A stretch of DNA of 64,000 nucleotides from Psammoneis japonica (lineage: Eukaryota), in NCBI GenBank assembly GCA_008632985.1, contig QPGO01000249.1, forward strand, positions 1-64,000, read 5' to 3'. Each line of letters starts with the position of its first letter. The first letter of the stretch is position 1. A model generated the notes under the pieces. That model was given only the letters and a program-made list of their open reading frames with translations. It made no database searches and was not told where the DNA came from. This document shows positions 12,764-24,865 of this stretch, piece by piece. The position numbers were made by a program, and so were the translations under genes.

Positions 12764-13330
12764 TTACTCCATAATCACAGCAGCTTCTTCATCAAACTCA
12801 TCCGAACCCGAGCAATCAAAGAATTTATAAGTATCCACAGTCTCCGATGCTTCCTTCGTAATACAGACGCCATATTGCTGCGAGGTACACCAGACACAGT
12901 CATGACCACCAGCATTCTTGCTACATTCCTCCTTATCGTCTCCATGAGTGAGGCAGCTCAAAAGCCCATCCATGAAATCATCATCGTTATTTGTAGCATC
13001 GTCGTCGTCTGCCGCCGCCTTGTCATCATCATCATCATCATCCAATGAGCTCTTGCATGTCATGTGGAACTTTTCTTCCACAATTTCCTTTTGTTGTTGA
13101 TTCACGCACATGCCAGGACCGGTAGAGTCGGCAGAAATGGTGCACCAACTACAAGTATCGTCCTTCACGGCAAGACACGACGCAGTGTCCGTCGCTGCGG
13201 ACAAGATGCAGGACCACTGAGATGTTGTTGAGTCTGAACCACGAAGCAATGACGAGGAGGATGCCACTACTACGGGAGAAACAGAGAGAGCCGTCAAGAC
13301 GACGAGAAGAGCGGAACGGAACATCTTCAT
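12764..13330 (-). CDS. Secreted Cys-rich protein with two CxWC modules and a poly-Asp linker
   Basis: Signal peptide MKMFRSALLVVLTALSVSPVVVA; CSWCT..GMC and CVWCT..GVC modules separated by DDDDDDDKAAADDDD. Confidence 0.75.
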   Translation of the reverse strand: MKMFRSALLVVLTALSVSPVVVASSSSLLRGSDSTTSQWSCILSAATDTASCLAVKDDTCSWCTISADSTGPGMCVNQQQKEIVEEKFHMTCKSSLDDDDDDDKAAADDDDATNNDDDFMDGLLSCLTHGDDKEECSKNAGGHDCVWCTSQQYGVCITKEASETVDTYKFFDCSGSDEFDEEAAVIME

Positions 13331-13499
13331 GGTGGGACTGCGTTTTTCTGTGCGATCTAACGGATGGGTCGTGTACGGTACCTCGCAGTACATGTTTTAC
13401 GAATGTACCGCAACTCCAGAAAAGCTGGTAGAAAAAGGAATGTGGAATTCTACAAATAGAAAGAATCTGGCGATTACACCCTGTGATGAAGGCGTCTGA

Positions 13500-15980
13500 C
13501 AGGTTGTGTGTGTGAAGCACATTTTTCATTGTGAGCAAAAGAACAACACCAAAACCCCCTTCATGGCAAACACCACCAAAAGTGCATCCAGTGACATCCT
13601 GGTTGTCATAAATGGGCAGTGTCAAAGGTGCTGCTGCCAAAAAATCCAAACAGGGGCAGGGCACAGAGAGGCAAAATGGAGCACAAGGGCAGGTCTGCTC
13701 TCTCTCTCTCCTCCAATCAAGCAAAAGAAAAGTTTGCTGCAACAGACACTTGCTGCACAGCTTTGTTGGGCTTGTCATGTTTGCAGTGCACAGATGCGCA
13801 TGTTTTGCTGGTGTGCAAAAAAGGCAGCGCCGCTCGTTTTAGATCTCATTTTTTGTCATTGTTTTGTGTGTGTTTTGGCAGAGCCATTGTCTTGAGGTCT
13901 CATTTGTCTTTTTTCTGGTGTGCACTCTGAGCTGCCAAAGCAGTGTTGCACCACTTGCACATGGTGTGCCCTGAGCTGGTGCATGCCATGCTGCAGACAT
14001 GTGTGGTGCCTCACCAGCCGCGCCATTGTCGTCAGCAATGTGGTCTTTGTTGAGCTCGGGGCTCTGCCCTGCAAAATGTGTGCAACAAGAACAATGTTGT
14101 CAACACAGCCATCCATGGCTGGACCAAATCTCATCTGTGTGCTGGCATCAAAACTTGTTCCAAACTGAGTGCTTTGTGCGTGCTGTGCACATTTGGGCAT
14201 TGCCGGAAGCCTGCCAAGCACTGCGCCCGCTCGGCACACTGCTGCAGCACACTGTCTGGCAGTCTCTCCCATGCTTCCCCACCCTCTCACACATTTCAGT
14301 GCCTTCCACATGCTGGGACATGTGGAGCCAGTTGCTTGGCACTCGGTTGCACGCCATGGTGCGTTCCCACCCCATTTGTGATGGCTTTTGGTGGTCAATC
14401 ATGATGCCGTTCAATGCATTCAATGACATCAATTGAATGGGGTGCAGCACAAAATGTGAGATGAAACACTGCAGCTCATGTGCAGAATGCTGGTTCAATT
14501 GATTGTTGGCCGTCAGCGGCTCTTCAGTCATGTGGCCACAATGTGAGCCACAAGGCATGTGTGGCAAAGGCCAAGGCAAAAGCAGAGCCATGCATGGCCA
14601 ATGACAACAACATGGCAGATTGAACAGTCAACCTCATTCTTCCAATGGGCACATCTCATGTGCAAAATAAAGTGGATCATTCAAACCACTCTTGTGTCAT
14701 GCTGCAGCCACAAATGCAACAAGACATGACAAGGCAAAATTGGAGCTGCACATGGCTGTGAAAAATGTGGTGGATTGACGATGTTCATTCTTCCCTTTGA
14801 CCCATTTTTCCCTCTTGTTGTGCCATGTGGCTGCAAAAAATGCACCACACCACAAGGGCTCTGCTGGAGAGCAAAGGCTGAGACAAAAATTGAGCCGCAC
14901 ACAAGCAATGTTGATGTGGACAATTCAATGGCAAAGTTTGTTCTTTCCTCCATCTGCCTCAAGGGGTTGCTTTGTGTCCATGTGTCAATGCATCAGTCAT
15001 GGTTGTCGGTCGTCACCCACCATTCGTGGCATGGATGGTCATGGGTCTAAGAGCACAACATCCCAGCTGTGGTTGGTGCCCGTTGCCACACTCCATTTGT
15101 TTTTGTTTCCCTCCCCTGAGCCCTTTCAGACGTTCCTTCCCACAAAATTGCCCTCATTTCCTGGGTTTTCCGCAAAAGGGTGAGGCAACTCCCCCTTCCC
15201 CTGGCCATTTTGGGGAATCCAAAAATGGGAGTGAAACCAAGCTGAGCCTCTCAACATTGTGGCTTCTGGCACAGCTCTCTTCGACCTGCTTCTCTGCCAG
15301 AGATTTGACCAAGATCAGCTTGACACTTTTGAAAGCAAAACTTGATATTGCAGCCACAAAGAGCTGCAGCTGGTGATTCAAAGCACACAATTCTGGAGTT
15401 GTTGACAATGTCATAAAAGTGCAAAAGCCCACACTTGCTTTGTTTCCTTCTCTTGGACTCTGCCAATGCATTCCAGCCCTGGCCAGGTGGGACTCTGTGT
15501 TGCATTGGGCCCACAAAACTCCACATGCAAGCTTCAACAATCACCTTTGATGTGCTTGCAGAAAACAGCTGTGAAGAGTGTGTCACAAGCTCAATCAAAT
15601 GACAGACATGGGTCTCTGCATTGTTCCACCAAAGACTTGACATGACAAGATCATCTCCAGATTGGTCCCAGATGAATCCAATGATGAGGATGACAGGTGG
15701 GGCAGATCCCACCCAACATGCAAATGATCTTGCTCTTCCAATGGAACACCTGCATTCCCTGCCAATGCCAGGTGCATTGGCTCCATGTCTGCAGTGGAGA
15801 CAGAAAGTAGGAAGGATGTAGACCAGGCACCCAATCCACTGTGTAACTGTCTAAAGGAGTTATGTGATGGGTCTTGCATGACACATCCAGCCATGTTTTT
15901 CCTTGGACACTCAAGAACAAGGGTGTCCCTGTTCTAATGTGACAGACAACTGAAGTGGTGAGCCTTCGCCAGGCCCAATG
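13500..15980. mobile_element. Copy of dispersed degenerate repeat family A (CpG/TpA-depleted)
   Basis: 13540-14260 aligns to 18020-18420; 14270-15250 to 31210-31890; 15290-15430 to 19290-19430 and 4915-5045. Confidence 0.8.
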
Positions 15981-16012
15981 CGCCGAAATGAAGTGCCGAA
16001 CGCCTCGGGGCA

Positions 16013-16693
16013 TCACCTTGACTGTTTGCTCCTCCGCATTTCTCGTCTTTTCCGTCGTCTCCTCAATCTCTTGCGCAATCCTTTGAAGGGCAGACCTTTT
16101 CCCGTTCTGGTTGCTGGCGGTGTTCTGCTCAGCACGGACTCCATTGCCTCTTTCAGATGCCACTGAATTTCAAACTTGAGTGTAGACAAAATGTTTCGTG
16201 GATGCCACTCACCGTAGTGACGGGTAAATTCCGGAGTGAGATCACCATTGTTTTCCTTGAGAATGTGACTCACCACAGTTTCAACATCTTTCCTCGTGCA
16301 TCTGTCAATAAGAATCATTTCCTTGTCTTGGAAGTACTTTCCGCCAAGGCAATCACCATTTCTCTGTTGCCGTTTTCGGACAAAGTCAATGCTGGAATAA
16401 GTGTAAAAGGCTGCGAAATATTTCTTGCCATTCTGCATTGTAACAAAGACACAGTTATCCACCGAATTCTCGTAGTCCTGTTCTCCGAACATTTCGTCTT
16501 CGATCCAAATCTCCTTGACCATCGTGGGCAAAGTCCCATCATTGGTGTCGCCGTTGATGGCAAGGGAAAGCTTGTGATGGACCCCTTTCCTTGAAGATGG
16601 TGCTCCGTGTCCTGTGGGAACGACGAAGGAATCCACGACACGCATCGTCAGCAGCACCAACAAACAACAGAGTGAGGATGAAATCTTGATCAT
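16013..16693 (-). CDS. Hypothetical protein with plastid-type bipartite presequence and a bacterial-like domain
   Basis: Signal peptide followed by VDS-FVVP; core DNCVFVTMQNGKKYFAAFYTYSSI..GDCLGGKYF..EMILIDRC; normal composition. Confidence 0.7.
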   Translation of the reverse strand: MIKISSSLCCLLVLLTMRVVDSFVVPTGHGAPSSRKGVHHKLSLAINGDTNDGTLPTMVKEIWIEDEMFGEQDYENSVDNCVFVTMQNGKKYFAAFYTYSSIDFVRKRQQRNGDCLGGKYFQDKEMILIDRCTRKDVETVVSHILKENNGDLTPEFTRHYGEWHPRNILSTLKFEIQWHLKEAMESVLSRTPPATRTGKGLPFKGLRKRLRRRRKRREMRRSKQSR

Positions 16694-17091
16694 CTGTGCT
16701 GTTTCTTCGTTCCGGTATCATGTAATGGGAGCTGGCTCTGATGTGTTGGACTGCGTGAAGTAGCAAAATGCTACAAGCCAGATTTTTGGGTGAAGGTTGG
16801 TGCCCGCACTGATGCACACGGTGGAATGACCTATACCTCTATTGTATGTAGACGAGTGAGCGAAATGGAGAGGTCATATTAGCACCCACGCCGAGCAATT
16901 TGGTTTACAATTTTTGAAAAGCACTGTGAATATTCGTTTCGGAACGCTGCCATTACTGTGGCCGGTGACTCCAGTGGTATCATTTCGCTGTCCGTTACCA
17001 AACCTGACTACACGTACAAAAACAAACAAGACAAATCACTTCAACTATCTATCCATTCGCGGGGGCGACGTCACAGAGTCAGAGTGTTCTT

Positions 17092-17685
17092 TTGTTTGTT
17101 TGTGAGTTGTTTGCCTGGGCTGTTTGCGGCTTGCAGGGAGTGCTCTTTCAACAAAAGCCAGAACTGATGATGCGGCTTTATGGTTGGGAAACGCGGCAGG
17201 AGCCGTGCAATTCCGCAAAGAAGATTCTTTGCAACATGTTATCCAAAGAATTGGGGGCATTCATGGTGATTTCGAGCGCTCTGCCCTCTCTATTGACGAG
17301 CGCTCTGCCTTATCTCGGGCATGTCCAGGGTCGAGTTTTTCTTTTACTTCTGGTAATGACTTGGATGCAGTCCTACTCGAAGCTCAACAGCAGCTTGGAT
17401 CTGATTACTGAAATAGGAGACTTAAAGATTGAGCGTTGGTTAGGCATTATTTCACGGCACTTGGTTGCGGGTTGCTTGTTGTGTTATGCAGTTGAGAAGA
17501 AGTTGTGGGTCACCGCTTCCATTCCTTTGTACTTTAACGTTGGCAAAGCCAAACGTTTGTCAAAAAGAGAGAGCAAAATTCATGGCTTGAACAATGGTGT
17601 GAGGTGGACGCTCTTGTGGAAGGGAATTACGGAGTTAGTCATCCTCTCTGCCATTGGATTACCTGCAGTAACTGGGCTGCTCTGA
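17092..17685 (+). CDS. Hypothetical multi-pass membrane protein; 5' structure (possibly from about 16914) unresolved
   Basis: 197-aa ORF with several hydrophobic segments in a normal-composition island; an upstream ORF in another frame has a presequence-like LSIRGG. Confidence 0.4.
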   Translation: MFVCELFAWAVCGLQGVLFQQKPELMMRLYGWETRQEPCNSAKKILCNMLSKELGAFMVISSALPSLLTSALPYLGHVQGRVFLLLLVMTWMQSYSKLNSSLDLITEIGDLKIERWLGIISRHLVAGCLLCYAVEKKLWVTASIPLYFNVGKAKRLSKRESKIHGLNNGVRWTLLWKGITELVILSAIGLPAVTGLL

Positions 17686-17759
17686 AACAACATGGATCTA
17701 CTCTCTAGAGCTAGAGCAGCAGCTATCAGCTGTCCCTGAGTTTTTAACTAAGAGTGAAG

Positions 17760-19620
17760 ATTTTAATGGTCGCATTTGTTGCTGGCGACTTCGATCTGTT
17801 TGCTGTTTGCTTGTGTGCACACCGGGGGGTGACCCATGCACCCATGCAGGAATGGGCCCTCAAGCCCTTGAAGCGTGAAAATTCATTGATTTTGTGCATT
17901 GTGCTGCAGATGTTGAGACCATTCTACTGCGTGGAGTGTTGTGGAGAGAACTTTTTTCCTGGACAAGAAGCCCACAGCAAAGCAGGGCACCAGATGGAGA
18001 TTTCTTGACAAAACACCCAGAACAGCACCAAAACCCAAAACCCACTTCATGGCAAACACCACCTGCAGCACGTCTGGCGGGATCCTGGTTGTCACAAATG
18101 GACCTTTTGGCTCCCATTGATTTTTGCTGTTTTGTGTGTTTTGGCAGAGCCATTGTCTTGAGGTCTCTTTTGTCTTTTTGAGCTTCTGGTGTGCGCTCCA
18201 AGCTGCCAAAGCAGCACTGCATCACTTGCACATTGTCAGCCGCCATCTTTGCTGTGCTTGGGCTGTCAACAACACAGTCATCTCTGGCTGGACCAAATCT
18301 CATCTGTGTGCTGGCATGAGACCTTCCAAGCTGAGTGCTTGTGTTTGCTGTGTGCATTTGGGCATTGCCAGCCTGCCACATGCTGCACCTGCTCGGTGCG
18401 CTGCAGCACTGTCTGGCATTCTCTTTCTGGCAGCAGCTCCACCCAGGAGGTGTGGCAACATTTTGGACCATTTTTCTGAAAAAGTTTCCTGCATGCAAAC
18501 TTTTTTAATTTTTGCTCTGCCTGCAATCTCAGCCATTTGATGGTGTTTGTGCCAAGGAATTCACTGGCCCGAGCCAAAATGAAAAAAAGCCAATGCTTGC
18601 AACCAACCAAAAACAAGGCAGTGGTTGTGAAGCTGATTTTTTTCTTTTCGAAACATGGCAAAGCCATGTTGCAGGAGTGTGCAGCTCAAAGAGTCAGCCA
18701 CACCACTGAGGTGGCTGCGCCACAGCAGTTGGCCCATGACCACATCAGCTTTAAAATGAGGAGGTTGGTTTTTGACATCTTTTGGTGAACAGCTCCACAT
18801 GCTGCAGCTGCTCCATTAGACTGGCTGCAACAAACATGGTTTGCACTGTTGCCATTGTGGCACATGATGATGCTGTTGCCACACAGATGCTTCGTGCTTC
18901 AAATTTTGTGTTTCTCGCTCACATTTTCTTGTTGGTCAAATTGTTTTGACTTTTTTGTCAATGAGACCCTTCAAGCAATAGTTGTCACACCATTTAATCC
19001 ACCACACAACAAATGCAGTCTACTTTGGCCCTCTTGCAAAACAAAGCATTGCCTTTGATGCCCAACCCACCACATGGTCCACTGCCCCATCTTTGTGCAA
19101 TGTGGTCATCCACATTTTTCACTTTGTCCACACACATTTTTGTGGTGTTCTGCCCAACTCTTGTTTGCAAGTCAAATCACCAAGTGGGTGTCATTTGTTT
19201 TGAAATTGCGCCATTTCAGCAAATCCCAGCAGACCACTTTTTTGTGATGGTGATGCCGACACTCTCCCGTCCCCTCCCCGGCTGGTTTCTGCCGTGAATT
19301 TGACCAATGCCAGCTTGATGCTCTTGAAAGCAAATTTTGATGTTGCAGCCACAAAGAGCTGCAACCAGTGATTCAAAGCACACAGCTCTGGGGTTGTTGA
19401 CAACATTGTCATGAAAGTGCAAAAAAGCTCGCATTTTTTTTGTTTTCTTTTCTCGACCTCTGCGCTGCCATGACACGCTTGGGAGGGCGCATTGCTTGAT
19501 GAGGGGGGGGAGGTGAATGGAGAAGAACAAGGAGTAGACAACATGGTGCCGGTGCAAAGACAGCTGGCTAGCCAGCAGAGAAAGAAGCATTTGATCAATG
19601 TCAAGATGACAATCACGTGA
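17760..19620. mobile_element. Second copy of dispersed repeat family A (CpG/TpA-depleted)
   Basis: Shares blocks with 13500-15980, e.g. TTTTGGCAGAGCCATTGTCTTGAGGTCTC and GGACCAAATCTCATCTGTGTGCTGGCAT. Confidence 0.8.
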
Positions 19621-19914
19621 ATCGCCACACCGGCGTCATGACCGCCGTCGTGCAGACCTCTCGGCTATCGGCGCGTACGTATGAAGCCGGCCAGCTGCGC
19701 GCATGCGTCGTCAGTGACACGTGACACGCGCTTCACATTGTTTTATCTTTTTTGATGTTGATTGTTGATGTTGGAGGCATCGGCAACACTGCAGAGCCAG
19801 TAGAGTTGGCTGGTTAGTTGTTGCTTGTTGCGTCGACTCTTTTTACCAGAAAGAAGTTTGGAAGCTGCGATTATTGCTGCAAATGTCCCACAAAAGAGGG
19901 TGGAATTGGTGTTG

Positions 19915-20994
19915 ATGTTGATTGCAATCATGTTATCTTCTGCTCTGCTCTTCACCACCATCTTTGCAGCCATGTGTAACAACATACTAGTCCATCCCGT
20001 CCATGCGTTTGTCCCTCCGCAGAAACGTCGCAGCTTCGTTCAATCTAGGGGAAATTTATCTAGAGTAACAAGTCGGAAGATGGCATTGGTTCCACTGGAG
20101 GTGGCCGAATTGAGAAGGCTTTTGGTGACTGGAACACCGACTGCACCACAATACGCAACCTACTGGGGAAGAACGAGTCGCGAACGGTATGCAAGCATGT
20201 TTGAGAGCGGTGCTGTGATGCTCTTTGGGACGATATGTTCCTATTTTCTGAGCTTTGTTGTTGGAAGCTTTCCCGCTACCATTTTGGGCTCCTTTTGTAT
20301 CTTTTGGATCATTTTAAGTCCAGAAGCACAAGCTTACCAACGGAATTGGGAGTTGCGTGGTGGACGAGAGTTGGTGGACCCCTGGAGCATAGACCCCAGT
20401 CTCCCTCAAGACAAACAAGGCCTCTATGGAGCGCTCCTTTTGGGTAGAATAGCTGATGTGAGTGTCGTTGAGGACGCGAACTCGAAAGATGAATATGACT
20501 TGGACGAATTTCAAGACTACACCATGGAAACGGACGAGCAGGAGAGGTGGAATGGGAATCCTTATTTGCTACGACTTCTTGTTCAAGATTCCGAAGGTCG
20601 AGAAATGCAAGTGCACACTCGCATGAGCGAAGAGTATCTTGATATGAAAGCTAATCAACCCATCGTAGGCGTCTTGTTAAGCACGTCACAACGATTTACT
20701 ACTTTGGCGGCAATGACAGAACTCTTGGTTCCAGATGCTGAATGCTGGGTTGGAGATTACCCGTATCTTGATCGTTTTGAGGTGGAGGCGCTTCTTGGAG
20801 AGGACGACGATGTTTGGGATCAGCTCGAAAATGAGCGAATAACACAACGCAGTCAAAAGGCGCCAGAAGGAGGTGGAAAAGAAGACGAGGAGCAAGATTC
20901 TGCGTTTGTAGACCTAACTGATGACGAAGAAGCTTCTATGAGAACAAGCAATTGGCCGGAAGCTCTACCTGTTCGTCGAAAACGACAGAGATAA
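19915..20994 (+). CDS. Plastid-targeted membrane protein of a conserved cyanobacterial/algal family of unknown function; start approximate
   Basis: Signal plus VHA-FVPP; mature region MALVPL..TAPQYATYWG, two TM helices and WVGDYPYL, resembling a cyanobacterial family recalled from memory. Confidence 0.75.
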   Translation: MLIAIMLSSALLFTTIFAAMCNNILVHPVHAFVPPQKRRSFVQSRGNLSRVTSRKMALVPLEVAELRRLLVTGTPTAPQYATYWGRTSRERYASMFESGAVMLFGTICSYFLSFVVGSFPATILGSFCIFWIILSPEAQAYQRNWELRGGRELVDPWSIDPSLPQDKQGLYGALLLGRIADVSVVEDANSKDEYDLDEFQDYTMETDEQERWNGNPYLLRLLVQDSEGREMQVHTRMSEEYLDMKANQPIVGVLLSTSQRFTTLAAMTELLVPDAECWVGDYPYLDRFEVEALLGEDDDVWDQLENERITQRSQKAPEGGGKEDEEQDSAFVDLTDDEEASMRTSNWPEALPVRRKRQR

Positions 20995-21126
20995 TATAAC
21001 TGGTATTGCGGATCAACTTTCTCGTTTGCTTGTGTTTCACGATAATGTTTATACATTCACGCCATCTACACTAGCGATTTCAAATGTTTGCACCCATGGA
21101 GCCGTCGAGTCATGCCTCGTCCCTCC

Positions 21127-22269
21127 TTACCTGTTGAACTTCAGTTGTGTCAGAAAGTCCACGGCTTCATCATCAAGCTGCGAGTCCAGCGCCTGCAACG
21201 ATGAGCTGAAAATTGAGGTCCCCGCTTTGGGCACGCCATCCTTTTGCGAGGCGCCAATACCACAGGCATCAGATTTCATTTCTTCATACGATCGAATGCC
21301 CCCCATGCGCTCTGGATCTATAATCGGAGAAGTTAAAAGTCTTTGATGATTCAGGGGAGAGATTGGACAGCCAGGTTCGAGTTGTAGAGTGTCTTCCTCA
21401 TAGTCGAGTCTTGATCCTATCTGTGCTGAGTTGCTAGCAACTTGCGGGGGAGTATGCCAACCTCGACCTGTAGTCCCGTGCATTGATGGATCAATATGAA
21501 AACTAGTAGCTGTTTCTGGCAACGTAGGGCTCATCAACGGCGGTAAAGTATTGCTCGAAGCAAAAGGCGCCTTAGCCATATTTAGCGCCTTTGTTGCAGA
21601 CTGCTCTGCTTTAACTTTGGCTCGGTACACCTTCATGGCTGCGTTATATTTCTCCTTTTCTTTCGCGGCTTGCGATGTGTATATGGATCGTGTCTCGGGA
21701 TCGAGTTCTTTCCAGCTGGCGGCAATGGTCTTTGCCAGATTTGCAAAACCAATTCCCAAAGTCTTGACGTGACGGCGTCGTTTTCTTCTCTTGCTGAATT
21801 GTATCTCGTTTGCATCTTGCTCGTGTTCCTCCTTAGTACTTGAAGGTGACGGATGTGAATCGGATGATGAGGTAGCTGCACTAGTGGTGTCACCAGAAGA
21901 ATCTCCATTGCTTGACTGTTTCATCGGAGGACTTTTGGGAGATTCGGGGCTCGCAGCATTGATCAGTCGTTCCCTCTCTTGTTGAAAAAATAAGTTGTAG
22001 GCGGAAAGTGGCCTTCTTGGCATGTCCTTCGGCTTCTTCCACGGTACCTGAGGTGCGGTCTTTCGTTTCATATTTGTCTTTGTTGTACGATTTGTTCCGA
22101 ATGGAGGATATGGAGACTCTGAATGGCTGCTTACCTTGCATGGAGAGGGAGAGGAATAACCTCTTTCACCCGACGACAGGGAACGCTCATTGTCATTCAT
22201 GAGTAGTCCATTGCTATCATCCCACACATTAGTTTCATAAGGCTGTCTTGACGAAGAGTTATCCATCAC
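21127..22269 (-). CDS. HMG-box transcription factor (diatom type, insert within the box)
   Basis: KPKDMPRRPLSAYNLFFQQER ... IGFANLAKTIAASWKELDPETRSIY..A.KEKEKY. Confidence 0.9.
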   Translation of the reverse strand: MMDNSSSRQPYETNVWDDSNGLLMNDNERSLSSGERGYSSPSPCKVSSHSESPYPPFGTNRTTKTNMKRKTAPQVPWKKPKDMPRRPLSAYNLFFQQERERLINAASPESPKSPPMKQSSNGDSSGDTTSAATSSSDSHPSPSSTKEEHEQDANEIQFSKRRKRRRHVKTLGIGFANLAKTIAASWKELDPETRSIYTSQAAKEKEKYNAAMKVYRAKVKAEQSATKALNMAKAPFASSNTLPPLMSPTLPETATSFHIDPSMHGTTGRGWHTPPQVASNSAQIGSRLDYEEDTLQLEPGCPISPLNHQRLLTSPIIDPERMGGIRSYEEMKSDACGIGASQKDGVPKAGTSIFSSSLQALDSQLDDEAVDFLTQLKFNR

Positions 22270-23463
22270 AACTCTACTTTATTGCTTCTGTTGTGTTACT
22301 GAAAGAAATGTGAAAGGGCATCAACTGAGGTTTACACTTCGAGTCATGGCACAACGGCTGATGAAGCATTGCAAAGTGACCAGCACCATCATTTGACAGG
22401 CACTTGTCCCAATGACTTCACATTTGAAAATCGAATAACAACAGCAACGATTTCCTTGTTAGCCACTATGCCTGTCTTATTTAATAGCTCCGATTGTGTG
22501 GCAAACGTCATTTCGGGAAAGGTTATTGAGTCGGAAAAGATTCGAGAATGTCGCAACTATGACCATCGGAAAGTCTTTTCTATCAATCGTGCTTTCGTTC
22601 TTTTCACAAGGCATTGTTCACATGTAAAACTATCTTCCGATCTGTATCAAAATAAGAATTTCAAATTGTATTCAAATAAACCAACGTGATTAATAAGATA
22701 AAGTCATTTACATATGCCTCTTGAAGTCATCCCTTCAGTCAACAATTAGGCCCCAACCTCACTTTTTTTCTTTTTCGTTTCTCCGGTTTGTCCGTGACCT
22801 TCAACCTTTCATTCTTTTCCTTCATACACGAAGAAAATGCGTGGCCGGCTCCTTTTCGAATTGTCGCAGTGACTCGTTCGTCAAAGGACATTGGCTCTCT
22901 GCCTGCTGAGCTCGGTCACAAAACCGGATGCTGGGATGGAACAAAAAGCTTTGTGTCTCTCAATTGTGGACATACAAGGCGAATGCCAGGTATGAATGAT
23001 CGTTCTCGTTATATATTCATACATGGTATACTAATTCAAATTTACATCCGCAGTGTTAACAGACCTGCTGTACAGTACCTTGGTCCTTCGTCCCGAGGCG
23101 GGCAGACACACAAGAGAGCATAACAGGTTATGTAGTGATTCTATGCATCACTAGTAGGAATGAACTAATATTGACTACCTTCTCCGGTTAGAGTATGTGC
23201 AACCCTCTCTCTAGAGAGAGTGTGTAGCTTTAGTTTGTCAGTCCTCTCAACTACCGTACCGGGACCTGGCACCGTGGACGGATGCTGCTGTCGAGAACGA
23301 AACGCACATCATGTGGAAGGAGCATTTTCTGATTTAAAAAGAAAAAAAGCGCCTCCGCAATTTCTAGGGCCCTAAGAGTACAGAGTAACGTGCATAAGTT
23401 CACACCCTGCTATTACACACAGTAGATTCTGCCCCTCTAATATTGTTCCTAAGCTTTATGCAC

Positions 23464-24865
23464 TTATACGTCCGAGTCAGGCACTGGCGAGGACGACGAT
23501 AGCGCCGCTTGCGGAGTAATCTTGTCGAGCGAGTCTGAAATGCGCGCTTTCTTGGACACGGGTCCCTCGGGGATCAACTCGGCAGCGGCCTTGAGAACTG
23601 GAATGCACAAGTGGGGGTAGTTGCGCATTTCTTCTTGAAAGGCAGCGTTGCCCGTGACTTGACGAATATTAGCCATGATAAAGTCAATGCATGCCTTGGA
23701 AAGTCGCTGCGCGTGGAAGTCTTCGGTGGCGCAGTACATGCGAGCAACGGTCTGGACATCCATGTGGTTGCGGATCAACTCGTGTTCGACGAGTCGTTTC
23801 AAATCACGCATGAGCCAAATGTCAGAAAGGTGCAATAAACTCAAAAGGTCGTCTGTGGAAATAGTGCTGAGAATCGAAATGCGATTCGTGTAGACAAACT
23901 CGAGCATGGATCGAATAATGGTCGGAGTAAAGTGCTTCTCCACACGGACAACGCCTTCAGCGGATTCCCGAAACGCCGCTCCGCCCTTACGAAAGAGCGC
24001 CTTGAAGTACTCGGCTCTTGCAGTCAGAATACACTTGTGAGCCATAATTTCTACGACCTTCCCGTCTCCATCGTGCACCAAAAACTTGGCATCCATATGC
24101 TCCTCATCGTCCAGCAGTTCCTTCATATCCTTGAAGAACTCATCGTCGTCTGCAGCTGCTTCCGGCGGATCCGGCTTGCGGCGTTTGCGCACCATGATTG
24201 TATCACCCCGTTGTAACTGAACCGTCTCGGGAGTGTCTTCGTTCTCGAGCGGGTTGCAAAAGTAGTACTCCAAATCATCCTTGCGGAGCCCGTGGTACTT
24301 GGCGTAGTGCCGAAACAAAGACGAGAATCGCTGCGTCTTGAGCATCAGACACGAATAGTTCGTCTCGGCCGTCACGCGACGAATTGTATTTTCGGATCCA
24401 GTCAAATACAAGTCTTCTTCAGCCTATAGTATGGATGATAGGGCAAGAAAATAAAATATCAGAGAGATTAAACAGAAGAAATTGAAGCAGAAAAACGAAG
24501 AACGGTGCAGAACGAAAGAACGGTATGTTAGTCGATGATTCGTCAACAAGAGGGCTAAGCGACGTCTCAACTGCTTTACAACAACAATACTTCATTCGTA
24601 TTTTCCATGGAAAAAGATCTTGCCGCTGCGGACTGCCGCCGAAAAAACAGAGCAGCGGCGAAAACGAACGACAACAGCAAAGACATCTGGCAGGTAAAAT
24701 ACCGTCTCGTAGAATTCACGTACAAAGTGTACTGGGGCCCCGTTGAAGCGGCGGAGATCAACGCACATCATCATGCCTCACCTTGACTGTGAATTCCACG
24801 TGTTCATTCATCGGGCCATTGCCACCACCTCCGCCACCACCTTGTCGTCCGCCATTGTTTGCCAT
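23464..24865 (-). CDS. SUMO-like (Rad60-SLD-type) plus BTB/POZ protein; intron 24424-24781
   Basis: Exon 1 MANNG..EFTVK (28 codons), GTGAGG..TAG intron, exon 2 AEEDLYL..LFRHYAKYHGL..EDTPETVQLQRGDTI; BTB AHKCILTARAEYFKALF..MLEFVYT. Confidence 0.88.

Noticed and set aside
24424..24781. C/D snoRNA in the long BTB-gene intron (ATGATGA near the donor)
   Set aside because: The C box is too close to the splice site and the nearest CTGA is about 300 nt away.
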